From contig CBFFRQ010000067.1 of NCBI GenBank assembly GCA_965644315.1, forward strand, positions 812,486 through 876,485: DNA of 64,000 bases, written 5' to 3'. This DNA comes from Caecitellus pseudoparvulus. Lineage: Eukaryota > Protista > Bigyra: Bicosoecida. Both the position numbers and the translations under genes were made by a program. The notes beneath the pieces were generated by a model. It was not told the origin of the DNA and made no database searches. It saw only the letters and a program-made list of their open reading frames with translations. This document shows, piece by piece, positions 27,121 to 36,391 of this stretch (the stretch's first letter is position 1; every line of letters begins with the position of its first letter).

Positions 27121-29679
27121 ACCCGAACACTGGAGTGGTACCTCCGCCAGGGAAGGCCTCACGCTTGGAGTGCGAGGTGCAGCGGGCGGCCGCTCTTCAG
27201 CGTGCAATGCAAGGGGGGATGAGCTGCCGCGCTCTTGAGTGAGGCTGGCGCCGGTGCAATGTGACACCATGAGATCTACGCGCAGTATGCGGATGCTGCT
27301 TGCCTCCACCCACGCTTGCCCTCCGGTGCCTGCGGTGGATTCGCACCACTCAGGGGTGGCAGGTCAGCAGACCGTATGGGGCGCCCGCCAGCCGGTCCAA
27401 GGGGGGCGCCCACCGCCTCACACGCTCCAGCAGCGACGCGCCCGTGGCCTGCCAGCTCAGCACCAGTGCCATGACTGTGCATGGCACCACGTCTTCCGCT
27501 TGCCCCACCCGGAGGCGGGGCGTCAAAGGCGCTGCCGTCAGGGCTGGAGACGCGACAGCATGGCACGCCCCGACAGCGCCAGGTGCGAGTGCCATCCCTC
27601 ACGACGGAGCGTCGGATGCGGTGCACCCCCATGACGAGGCTCAGCGTGGCCTGTGCCGCACTGTCGGCAGTGGCCGCTTGCAGCAGAGTGTGGGCGGTGG
27701 CGAGTGGTGGCGGGGCAGGCCGCATGTACCTACATGTGATACTCCGGCACCGCCATGCACCCCCGCAGCATCACCTCACCCCTGACTGGGGCTAGGGGGG
27801 TGGACCACCCACCACCCCGGGCGACGGCGGGTGTGGCGGGGGTGACGAGGGCGCCGACCCCCCCTACCGACCCGACAGGCGCAGAGTGCCCTCTGGCCCA
27901 GCCCCCTCCACAGTGCAGTGCCGCACCACATCCCCTGCTCTCGCCACGGGCGGCATCGCAGCACGGCCCTTCCCCGGCTCGACAGCCCGACGCCCGTCGT
28001 ACCACACACGGCACACGTCGGGCGGCAGCGGCGGCGGGCACTCCCGCAACCCCAGCGGCAGCAGCGGCGGACACTCGCGGCAGGGCAGTGTCGGGCTGCA
28101 CGTCCGACACCCCAGCCTGGGCAGCGCAGGCCCAGCGCCCGGCACGGGGCACACACGGGGCGCGAGCAGCCTGCTGCTCAGCGGGTCGGTGGACGGCTTC
28201 CTCGTCGCACCTGCCGAGCACGCAGAGGACGAGGACGTCATCGCAGACTTCCACATGCGCCAGCCGGCGGAGCCTGGGCCAGGGCAAGGCGGCGGTGCTG
28301 GCGGCCCACCCGTCGTGGCACAGGCCAAGGAGCAGTCGCCCCAGGCCGTGCCACGGTCGGGCACTGCGCGAGTGTCGACTGGCAAGGCCGCCGAGGCCGC
28401 ACCTGACGCGCCCAGTGTGGCCGACGGTGCAGGAGCACTGCAGCTGGACTGGCAGCAGTACTCCAGCAGTGGCGTGTCGTCCGATGAGTCATCGGGTGGC
28501 GGTGATGTGCAGGGTGGTGGCAGACATCGCGTGCAGGCTGTGCGGCAGGGGGGCTGGGTGCTCACACAGGCGTAGCGGGGGGGCTGGGGGCGGTGTCGGG
28601 TGGCGAGGGGTGTGTGGTCAGGATGTGCGTTTGGCGTCCCGTGACCTGTGGCGGGGGGGGTGTGCCGCCCTTGTCAGGCGGTGTAGGGCTGGGGCCTGCA
28701 ATGCATTGCGGTGGTCTGCACTGTGGCGCGTCAGGTCGGGTGGTGGCAAGGTGCTGCTGAAAGTGCACTTCTGATGTGCCACTTCTGGCACCAGCGTGGA
28801 GAAGGGTGAGGTGGACAGCGCACTCCCCCTGAATACAAGCAGGACACTGTCACTCCATGGTCAAACTGATCACTGCCATCATTTTTCAGTATCTGTGGGT
28901 AATTAGTGCCAGCAGCTCTTGCAGCACTGTGCCGTGCCGGCTGTGCTCCGGTGCAGGTGTGTTGGTTATCGGAAGCACTTGCGGGATTATCCACGCCAGC
29001 ACGCCATGGCTGCTGGCAGTGAGAGGCAGGCAGTGGTGGATCGGTGGAGGGCTGCTAGTGGTGCTGGTGAGGCAGATGTGCTGCTGGGCATACTGCAGGA
29101 GTGTGGTGATGGTATGGGTGTGAAGCTGGGAGGTTTGACTTCGACCGAGACTACATGTAGCTTTTGGGTTGCTTGCAGAACAGGGCACGTTGAGTTGCTG
29201 CGAGAGCTGTTGGCGTTGGAGGGGGGCCTTGCTGTGGATGTGCATCAAAATCGTGAGGCCGCCTTCCGAGAGGCATGCGCTAAGGGCCACACAGGCATCG
29301 TGCGTGAGCTGTTGAGCCTGAGCGGGGCGCGGGAAGTGGATGTGCACGCGGCGGATCGGGATGGACCTGAGGCCGCCTTTCGATGGGCATGCGCAGGCGC
29401 CCACCTCGACATCGTGCGGGAGCTGCTGGGCCTGACTGGGGCGCGGACAGTGGATGTGCATGTGGCGGATAAGGATGGTCTTGAGTTCGCCTTCCGAGCG
29501 GCATGCAAGAATGGCCACACAGACATCGTGCGTGAGCTGTTGGCCCTGACTGGGGTGCGGGAAGTGGATGTTCATGCGGTGGACAAGTATGGACCTGAGG
29601 CCGCCTTCCGACAGGCATGTGCCAAGGGCCACACAGACATCGTGCGTGAGCTGCTGGGCCTGACTGGGGCGCGGGCAGT

Positions 29680-31611
29680 GGTTCCCTCGTGTTGGTGCGT
29701 TGTGCGTGGCAATCGAAATGCATTGAACTGGGCCCGCCTCGAGGCCGTCCCCTCCCCCCTCTATGCCAGCGGCCACCAGGGCTCGCTGCATCTCTTGGGG
29801 GAGGGGACGCCTCCTTGCGGCACCCGCCAATCGAGAAAAAGAAAAAAAAAGGAAAGAGAGTGACGAGGCCGGCTAATGACTGGTTTTGTCATGCCCGGTC
29901 CTGCCGTCGTCTACTCTGCGTTGGGGCGGCGGGGGACAATTGTGCCACTAGCGTGGGACTGCCCGCCGCCCCTCCTGCCGGGAAACATGGTTGCCGGCTG
30001 GGGTGCCGGCAACCTCGGTTCCCTCGTGTTGGTGCGTTGTGCGTGGCAATCGAAATGCATTGAACTGGGCCCGCCTCGAGGCCGTCCCCTCCCCCCTCTA
30101 TGCCAGCGGCCACCAGGGCTCGCTGCATCTCTTGGGGGAGGGGACGCCTCCTTGCGGCACCCGCCAATACTTTTCAATGCTTGCTTCCTCCCCTGGGTGT
30201 CATGGCCTCGTGCCACAGCCTCGCCCCCTCCCCCCTGGGTGTAGTATCGTGCCCGGGTGGGGGAGCCAGCCGCCCAGCCCGCCGCGTGCTCCACCAAGAC
30301 GTCGGGGGCCCGGCCTGTCCAGAACATATTGCCCCCGGGTCTCAGGTGGGCCAAGGACACGCCCGCTACAGCCTTCAGGATGCCTTGCAGGCTGAGCCAC
30401 GCCCACCTTGGGAGCAGGCTTCCCCGCTTGTCCCGGGCCTGCTCCCGGAGGCGGTCGAAGGCCCCCGCCCACTCGGCCTGGCGCACCACCTGGATGTGGC
30501 GGTTTGCACTCAGGTGCGTTTTATCCGTGACCCTGGCCTCCACCCACTGCAGGGGGCCCGCCCGCCCGAAGTGCAACTCCTCCCATCGCAGGCCCCGGAG
30601 CTCTCCCGGCCTGCACATGCCATGAAAGCCGATGTAGATAGCTGCGGCGGCAGTTGGGGCATGCCTCCCGAGGTGTGGCCCGTCCCATGCCCGCTTCATG
30701 GCCTCCATGACTTGTTCTTTGCTGATAGGGCGGCGGTGTTGCTCCCCTCTCCCTCGGTGGAGCCGGCGGATTGCCCGGCAGATGCTGCCGACTGTGAGCC
30801 CCAGCGGGGCTAGCGACGGGATTGGCAGGCCCAGATACCTAAAACCACCGACCCATTGCGCCAGGATCTGCTTCGCCCGATGGGGGGCCCATCTGCCTGC
30901 GGCCACGCCGCCCGTTAAGATGCCCACCATGGTCCGCGCCCTGTCCCGGGGTGCTGGAGCGGCCCTGATCAGGCCAGCAACCGCGCGAACGTACTTGACC
31001 ACCGTCCCCTTTGCCAGCCTATGTTGGTGAATCCTGCTGATCGGGGACGCGGGGATGGCCCTGATCATCTGCCAGAAGGTCTGCTTCCTTATCCAGAGTG
31101 TGTCGCGCGGACGGGTTCGCTTCGTGCCGTGCCCCCGTGGTGAGCCGCCTGCGCGATGAGGGGCACCGTCAGCGGGGAGGCGGAAAGCTCTGCCCGCAAT
31201 GAGGGATCGCATGCGATCTGCCCGGAATCCCTCGGGCACCTCCCGGAGGCGCCAAGCGGCCTCCATCTTACCAAAATCCTCAGAATCCGCCCACTTCAGC
31301 CAGTACTCGAACTCCTGCTCCGTTATGAGCGCCTTGGCTTGCTTGGCGGAGTTGACAGACATCATTTTGTCGTGGATGTCCTCCCAGCTTCCGCCCTCCG
31401 TGTCGCTGGAAGCTGGATCATCCGATGCCATCTCGAAAAAAAAGGAAAGAGAGTGACGAGGCCGGCTAATGACTGGTTTTGTCATGCCCGGTCCTGCCGT
31501 CGTCTACTCTGCGTTGGGGCGGCGGGGGACAATTGTGCCACTAGCGTGGGACTGCCCGCCGCCCCTCCTGCCGGGAAACATGGTTGCCGGCTGGGGTGCC
31601 GGCAACCTCGG
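29680..31611 (-). mobile_element. Non-autonomous, internally deleted (spliced) Ngaro-type YR retrotransposon; A1 31611-31433, B1 30168-30017, A2 30018-29832, B2 29831-29680
   Basis: Reverse complement of 46971-52797 minus 47480-51368. All four terminal repeats are kept and it is bounded by GG at 29680-81 and 31610-11. Confidence 0.93.
29911..31431 (-). CDS. ORF1(N-terminal 109 aa)-tyrosine recombinase fusion of the spliced element
   Basis: MASDDPASSD...KRTRPR|DTLWIRK...CRPGEL...DKTH...AHLRPGG...AGW...RYY is one open frame. The C-terminus reads into the repeats because the G-run is G6 here versus G11 in the full copy. Confidence 0.8.
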   Translation of the reverse strand: MASDDPASSDTEGGSWEDIHDKMMSVNSAKQAKALITEQEFEYWLKWADSEDFGKMEAAWRLREVPEGFRADRMRSLIAGRAFRLPADGAPHRAGGSPRGHGTKRTRPRDTLWIRKQTFWQMIRAIPASPISRIHQHRLAKGTVVKYVRAVAGLIRAAPAPRDRARTMVGILTGGVAAGRWAPHRAKQILAQWVGGFRYLGLPIPSLAPLGLTVGSICRAIRRLHRGRGEQHRRPISKEQVMEAMKRAWDGPHLGRHAPTAAAAIYIGFHGMCRPGELRGLRWEELHFGRAGPLQWVEARVTDKTHLSANRHIQVVRQAEWAGAFDRLREQARDKRGSLLPRWAWLSLQGILKAVAGVSLAHLRPGGNMFWTGRAPDVLVEHAAGWAAGSPTRARYYTQGGGGEAVARGHDTQGRKQALKSIGGCRKEASPPPRDAASPGGRWHRGGRGRPRGGPSSMHFDCHAQRTNTREPRLPAPQPATMFPGRRGGGQSHASGTIVPRRPNAE

Positions 31612-32805
31612 ATGTGCATGCAGCGGATGAGGGTGGACCTGAGGCCGCCTTGCGAGAAGCGTGCGACTGGGGCCGCACAGACGTCGTGCGTGAGCTGCTG
31701 GGCCTGACTGGGGCGCGGGAAGTGGATGTGCACGTGGCGGCATTTGGCGGAGCTGAGGCCGCCTTCAGAGTGGCATGCGAGGGTGGCCACCTCGACATCG
31801 TTCGGGAGCTGCTGGGCCTGACGGGGGCGCGGGCAGTGGATGTGCATGCAGCGGATGAGTGTGGACCTGAGGCTGCCTTCCGAGAGGCATGCGCCAATGG
31901 CCATCTCGACGTTGTGCGTGAGCTGCTGGGCCTGACTGGGGCGCGGGAGGTGGATGTGCATGCGGTGGATGAGGAGGGGCCTGAGGCCGCCCTCCGAGCG
32001 GCATGCGCAGGCGGCCACCTCGACATCGTGCGTGAGCTGCTGGGCCTCACTGGACACCGAGCTACGTCCCATCAGACCAGACTCAAGATCGGAGTTGTTG
32101 CCGTGCAGCCCGCCAAGAAAGCCGTGTGGGCTGGCACCAGCACTCGGCAAGGACGGCGCGCCATGCTGCTGCTGCGAGCTGCCCGGGGCGCAAGAGGCAG
32201 CAGCACCTAGACGTTGACACTGGAGTGGTACCTCTCTGAGGGCAGGCCTCACGCTTGGAGTGCGAGGTGCAGCGGGCGGCTGCTCTCCAGAGTGCAATGC
32301 AAGGGGGGATGAGCTGCAGCGCTTGCGAGTGAGGCTGGCGCCGGCACGACGTAGCACCCTGAGACCTACGCGCAGTCTGCGGGTGCTGCTTGCCTCCACC
32401 CACGCTTGCCCTCCGGTGCCTGCCGTGGACTCGCACTCCTCACGGGTGGCACGTCAGCAGACCGCAAGGGGCGCCCGCCAGCCGGTCCAAGGGGGGCGCC
32501 CACCGCCTCACACGCTGCAGCAGCGACGCGCCCATGGCCTGCCAGCTCAGCACCAGTGCCGTGGCTGTGCATGGCGCCACGCCTTCCGCTTCCCTCACTC
32601 GGAGGAGGACCGTCAAAGGCGCGCCCGTCGGGGAAGGAGACGCGGCAGCATGGCTTGCCCCGACAGCGCCAGGGGATGCACCGCCCTTGTCAGGCGGTGT
32701 AGGGCTGGGGCTCGCAATACATTGCCGTGTTCTGCACTGTGGCACTCATGGTCAGGGGCTGTCAAGCTGCTGCTGAAGGCGCTTGTCACTGCTGCTACTT
32801 CTGGT

Positions 32806-35697
32806 TCAGTATGGAGGGTGGTTTGGAGTTGGCCAGTGGGGCTGGTGCGTCTGCATGGCACTGTAGCTGTAGGTATCGACAGCTTCACCCTCAGGCATGG
32901 CCCCGGGCTTTCCGTGGCCGTGCGAGGGTGGGGAATCAGCCACACTGCCAGGACGAGTCATAGCCTGGCCACTCTCAAGCTGCCCATCTCCACGAGCACC
33001 TGCAGCCTGAGGCAAGGGACTCCTAGCACCTTCTTGGGCGTCTTGTGGTGCTGCTTGCCTCCACCCACGCTTGCCCTCCGGTGCCTGCCGTGGACTCACG
33101 CCACTCAGGGGTGGCACGTCAGCAGACCGTATGGGGCGCCCGCCAGCCAGTCCAAGGGGGGCGCCCACCGCCTCAGACGCTGCAGCAGCGACGCGCCCAT
33201 GGTCTGCCAGCTCAGCACCAGTGCCGTGGCTGTGCATGGCACCACGCGTTCCGCTTCCCTCACTCGGAGGCGGGGCGTCAAAGGCGCTCCCATCAGGGCT
33301 GGAGACGCGGCAGCATGGCTTGCCCCGACAGCGCCAGGTGCGAGTGCCATCCCTCACTACGGAGCGTCGGATGCGGTGCACCCCCATGACGAGGCTCAGC
33401 GTGGCCTCTGCCGCACTGTCAGTAGTCGTCGCTTCCAGCAGAGTGTGGGCGGTGGCGAGGGGTGTGTTGGAAGTCCGTATGTACTTCCGGCACGCCGGGC
33501 AACACCGAGCGGCGAGGGCGGCGAGGACGCCGCTGAAGTCCGGGAAGCGTGTCATCTGCAGTTGTGCGATGTCATCCCCGCCTTCCAGTGGCGGTATGCC
33601 CAGCTCAGGTACAGCTGCATACAAGGTTGTAAATGCCTTGGCGAGTGCGGCGCGCCAGGCAGCCAAGCAGCCTCGAAGTGTGTGCCACAGGCAGGCCGTC
33701 CACACTAAAAAAGACACGGCCAAGCTGATGGTGTGGAACACTTCCCCAGCCAGGGCCGCAGCAAGAGCGCCTTCAGATCCCAAGGAGCGTGCGGTGGAGG
33801 ACAGCAGTTGCAGGGCCACTGCCAGGTGGGCCCAGCCGTCCAGGGTGTCCAGGTCGGAAACCGCCCACGGTTGCCGAGTGCACAGGAGGGCAAAGGAGCA
33901 GCACAAACACGCAGTCATGACAAAGAAGCGCGCCAGCGGGTCTGTCGTGTAAAAAAGCATGGCAGAGGCAGTTACCATGGACACGATTTGCATGGCCCCA
34001 TACGTGTTCGGGAGGAACAGAGGCGCTTGCCCATACCACATGCCCTCATCAGCGTGCGCATCCTGCAGTGCAAGGCTGGACAACATCGCTTGGGGGGCAG
34101 TGCTGGCAGATTGCATCTGTTCCAGTGCTTGCTGCACCGTCAGCTGCCGCCGGAAGCCAGCGGTGCAGCAGCCACGCATACTTGGATGGTACGCAAGTGT
34201 GCCAGGCTGGTCGACCCAGTTAGGCCATGACACCATCGCCCACATGCCAACAGTGCCAGAGAAAGCAAGTATTCCGAAAATGATCTCAAATACGAGAAAG
34301 TTTGGCTGTTGGTAGGCTGGGGAGTGGACAGTGTCCACCGCTGCAGTGTCAGCCCACAGCCCAGAGGCCTTGGCGGAGGCTCTGAGGCTGCCTGGGAGCA
34401 GGACCAAGAACAGAGCGGCAGGTATGAGCGTTCCGAATTGAAGCAGGTGCTTGTGCTGCACTGGAGCCTGACCTGGAGCAGAGCCTACCAAGATCACCAC
34501 CAGGAAGATGAGTATGCCCAATATCACGCCGACAGCTGTGGTGGCTTCCGCAGAGCTCGGCAGACCACGCACACCACCGCCGTACATGCATGTAGCAGCT
34601 GGGGGGGCGGCTGCCCCGGCAGCCCTCAGCAGGCCGAAGACTATGCCCAGCACAGAGAAGTCGACAGGCTCCTGGGGCAGAGAGATGGGGTACAGAGACC
34701 CGGGCACCTCCTCCTGCCGCCACGCTGGCCGCAGGCCGCAGGTGGCGACCCACTGCGCCGTGGTGTGGGCGGAGAAGGAAAGGGAGAAGGTCGTCGTGCC
34801 AGACAGTGCGTTTGCGCTGAGCCACATGAACACGAACCAATGCAGAATGCGCAGCGCCCCAAGTGCCAAATGAGACGACAGTTTACGAGGCGCTGCGACG
34901 TAGACTTGCACCACCCCGAAAGCCACGAGCAAGGGGAAGATGTACTCCACAAGCAGAGCGATGGCGGGGGATGCCTTGCCGAAGCCGCCGTGAAACTGAC
35001 AAGGCTGGCAGGCGCCACAGGGTGATGCAGCCGCCCAGCCTGACTCGCAACTTCCGCACACAGCGCTGGTATGCCCCTCCACGCAGCTTACAGCGTCTCT
35101 GACAAGCGTCGTGCTGTTGCAGCTGCCCTGCCTGGGGCAGGGTGCAATCGTTGCGGAGCGGGGGTTGGCGCACGACCCCGTGCACTTGACGCTGCCTGGA
35201 TAGGCAAGGCGCCAGTTCGATGCCAAGTGTGCCTCGTTGCCGGTGGGGATGCGCTGATAGGCCCACGGAGAGACGACATTGTCGTTTCGCTCTTGCAGAT
35301 CTCGCCCGACGCTTCGGCCCCCAAATGGGTCAGCTGGAGCGGTAGCAAGTCGGTTGCGTTTCAGATGAAGCGCGGCAGCAGGTACAGGAAGCAGCAGTGC
35401 CAAGCACAGGGCCAGGATGGCCGGCCCAGCTCGCAGCCTCTGCAGATGAGCAAAGCCGCGAGGTGCTGAGCTCCTGAGCGTGCTTCGGCGGAGAGGTAAG
35501 CGCCCGCAAGTGCTTGCCTTTGCACACCCAGCTGACAGACGGGCGCGATGCAATGACAATTGCGGCATACACAGCGAACTTGAGGAGAACTGCGTGAGCG
35601 CTTCCCTCAGCTGCGTTCTGGCCTGAACCACCACACGCTGCTTCGTGCCGGTGCTGGTGCAGCGCGTTTCGGCAGCGGCAGCAGCAGCAGCGCACAT
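32806..35697 (-). CDS. Multi-pass membrane protein with Cys-rich ectodomain (protist Cys-rich/7TM-like type); start uncertain
   Basis: Signal-like ILALCLALLLPVPAAA, then CVEGHTSAVCGSCESGW...CGACQPC followed by many hydrophobic helices. Same layout as the C-terminal part of the 44654-59728 gene. Confidence 0.65.
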   Translation of the reverse strand: MCAAAAAAAETRCTSTGTKQRVVVQARTQLREALTQFSSSSLCMPQLSLHRARLSAGCAKASTCGRLPLRRSTLRSSAPRGFAHLQRLRAGPAILALCLALLLPVPAAALHLKRNRLATAPADPFGGRSVGRDLQERNDNVVSPWAYQRIPTGNEAHLASNWRLAYPGSVKCTGSCANPRSATIAPCPRQGSCNSTTLVRDAVSCVEGHTSAVCGSCESGWAAASPCGACQPCQFHGGFGKASPAIALLVEYIFPLLVAFGVVQVYVAAPRKLSSHLALGALRILHWFVFMWLSANALSGTTTFSLSFSAHTTAQWVATCGLRPAWRQEEVPGSLYPISLPQEPVDFSVLGIVFGLLRAAGAAAPPAATCMYGGGVRGLPSSAEATTAVGVILGILIFLVVILVGSAPGQAPVQHKHLLQFGTLIPAALFLVLLPGSLRASAKASGLWADTAAVDTVHSPAYQQPNFLVFEIIFGILAFSGTVGMWAMVSWPNWVDQPGTLAYHPSMRGCCTAGFRRQLTVQQALEQMQSASTAPQAMLSSLALQDAHADEGMWYGQAPLFLPNTYGAMQIVSMVTASAMLFYTTDPLARFFVMTACLCCSFALLCTRQPWAVSDLDTLDGWAHLAVALQLLSSTARSLGSEGALAAALAGEVFHTISLAVSFLVWTACLWHTLRGCLAAWRAALAKAFTTLYAAVPELGIPPLEGGDDIAQLQMTRFPDFSGVLAALAARCCPACRKYIRTSNTPLATAHTLLEATTTDSAAEATLSLVMGVHRIRRSVVRDGTRTWRCRGKPCCRVSSPDGSAFDAPPPSEGSGTRGAMHSHGTGAELADHGRVAAAASEAVGAPLGLAGGRPIRSADVPPLSGVSPRQAPEGKRGWRQAAPQDAQEGARSPLPQAAGARGDGQLESGQAMTRPGSVADSPPSHGHGKPGAMPEGEAVDTYSYSAMQTHQPHWPTPNHPPY

Positions 35698-36391
35698 GTT
35701 CGTTTCCCAGTGCTTGAGTCAAACACTACGTTGTCGGACGGCAGGGCGCGGAAGAATGACGAGTTGGGAGTTTCTTCGCTACCTTGGCGCCACGCTCCAC
35801 GAAGTTACCACGCTGCGTCGACACTTGGCGGCAGCGGCGGCTTCTAGCTTTTCGGCGCTGCTTCGGACTGACGCGAGCACTTGCCCTGCACCCAGCTGCA
35901 CCTTGCTTGGATAAATGACGTGTGAACCTTTTGATGGTCACGCTCCTTGAGTTTAGCACGGTTCCAGCTCAGTTGTACTGATGAGATTGCCGGAGCTTGT
36001 GGAGTTTGGCGAAAAGCATGCCATTGATCTTGTAAGTGATGTCTGAATTTCCCAACCAGCCATAACCGCATCTCGCCCTTTCGTAAGTTTTTTCAACAGC
36101 CACATGCAAATGTAAATTCGGACATTTCAATATTACCGGGCGTACTCCCATGCACACGTTCACACCCTGCAAAGTGCTCTCACACCGCAAACCCTCCTTT
36201 TTCCTCCGCGCCGCAGGCTGGGCGTGTTTGGCGCCAGCGCAACGGGCGGTGGCACTCCCTGAGCGACGGGACTTTGCCTGCGACACGACAGGCACAAGGG
36301 CTGTGTGGAGGACAGCAAATTGCTGGTTAATTCCACAAGCTTCCATCGACGCGAGGCCTTGTTGCCCCGTGCGGCGTGAATGAGCAGCAAC

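Larger units (their letters stand above)
29006..32210 (+). pseudogene. Ankyrin-repeat protein, copy 5 (nine repeats), disrupted by the 1.93-kb Ngaro derivative
   Basis: Removing the insert and one GG restores GCAGTGGATGTGCAT (RAVDVHAADE) and joins ORFs 28919-29863 and 31584-32210 in one frame. Confidence 0.85.
17071..33460 (+). repeat. Tandem array of five ~2.69-kb units (starts 17071, 19764, 22462, 25157, 27849); each unit = kinase 3' tail + ankyrin gene + antisense 3' tail of the downstream TM gene; unit 5 is expanded and carries a retrotransposon
   Basis: GGGCGCCGACCCCCCCTACCGACCCGACAGG recurs at spacings of 2693, 2698, 2695 and 2692 bp, and near-identical ORFs recur in each unit. Confidence 0.95.

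Noticed and set aside
35880-36200. AT-richer patch as a remnant of an endogenous virophage/Polinton-like element (Ngaros are known to nest in these in Cafeteria)
   Set aside because: Only about 300 bp, with no viral ORF or terminal inverted repeats. It lies between divergent genes and is best explained as promoter/intergenic DNA.
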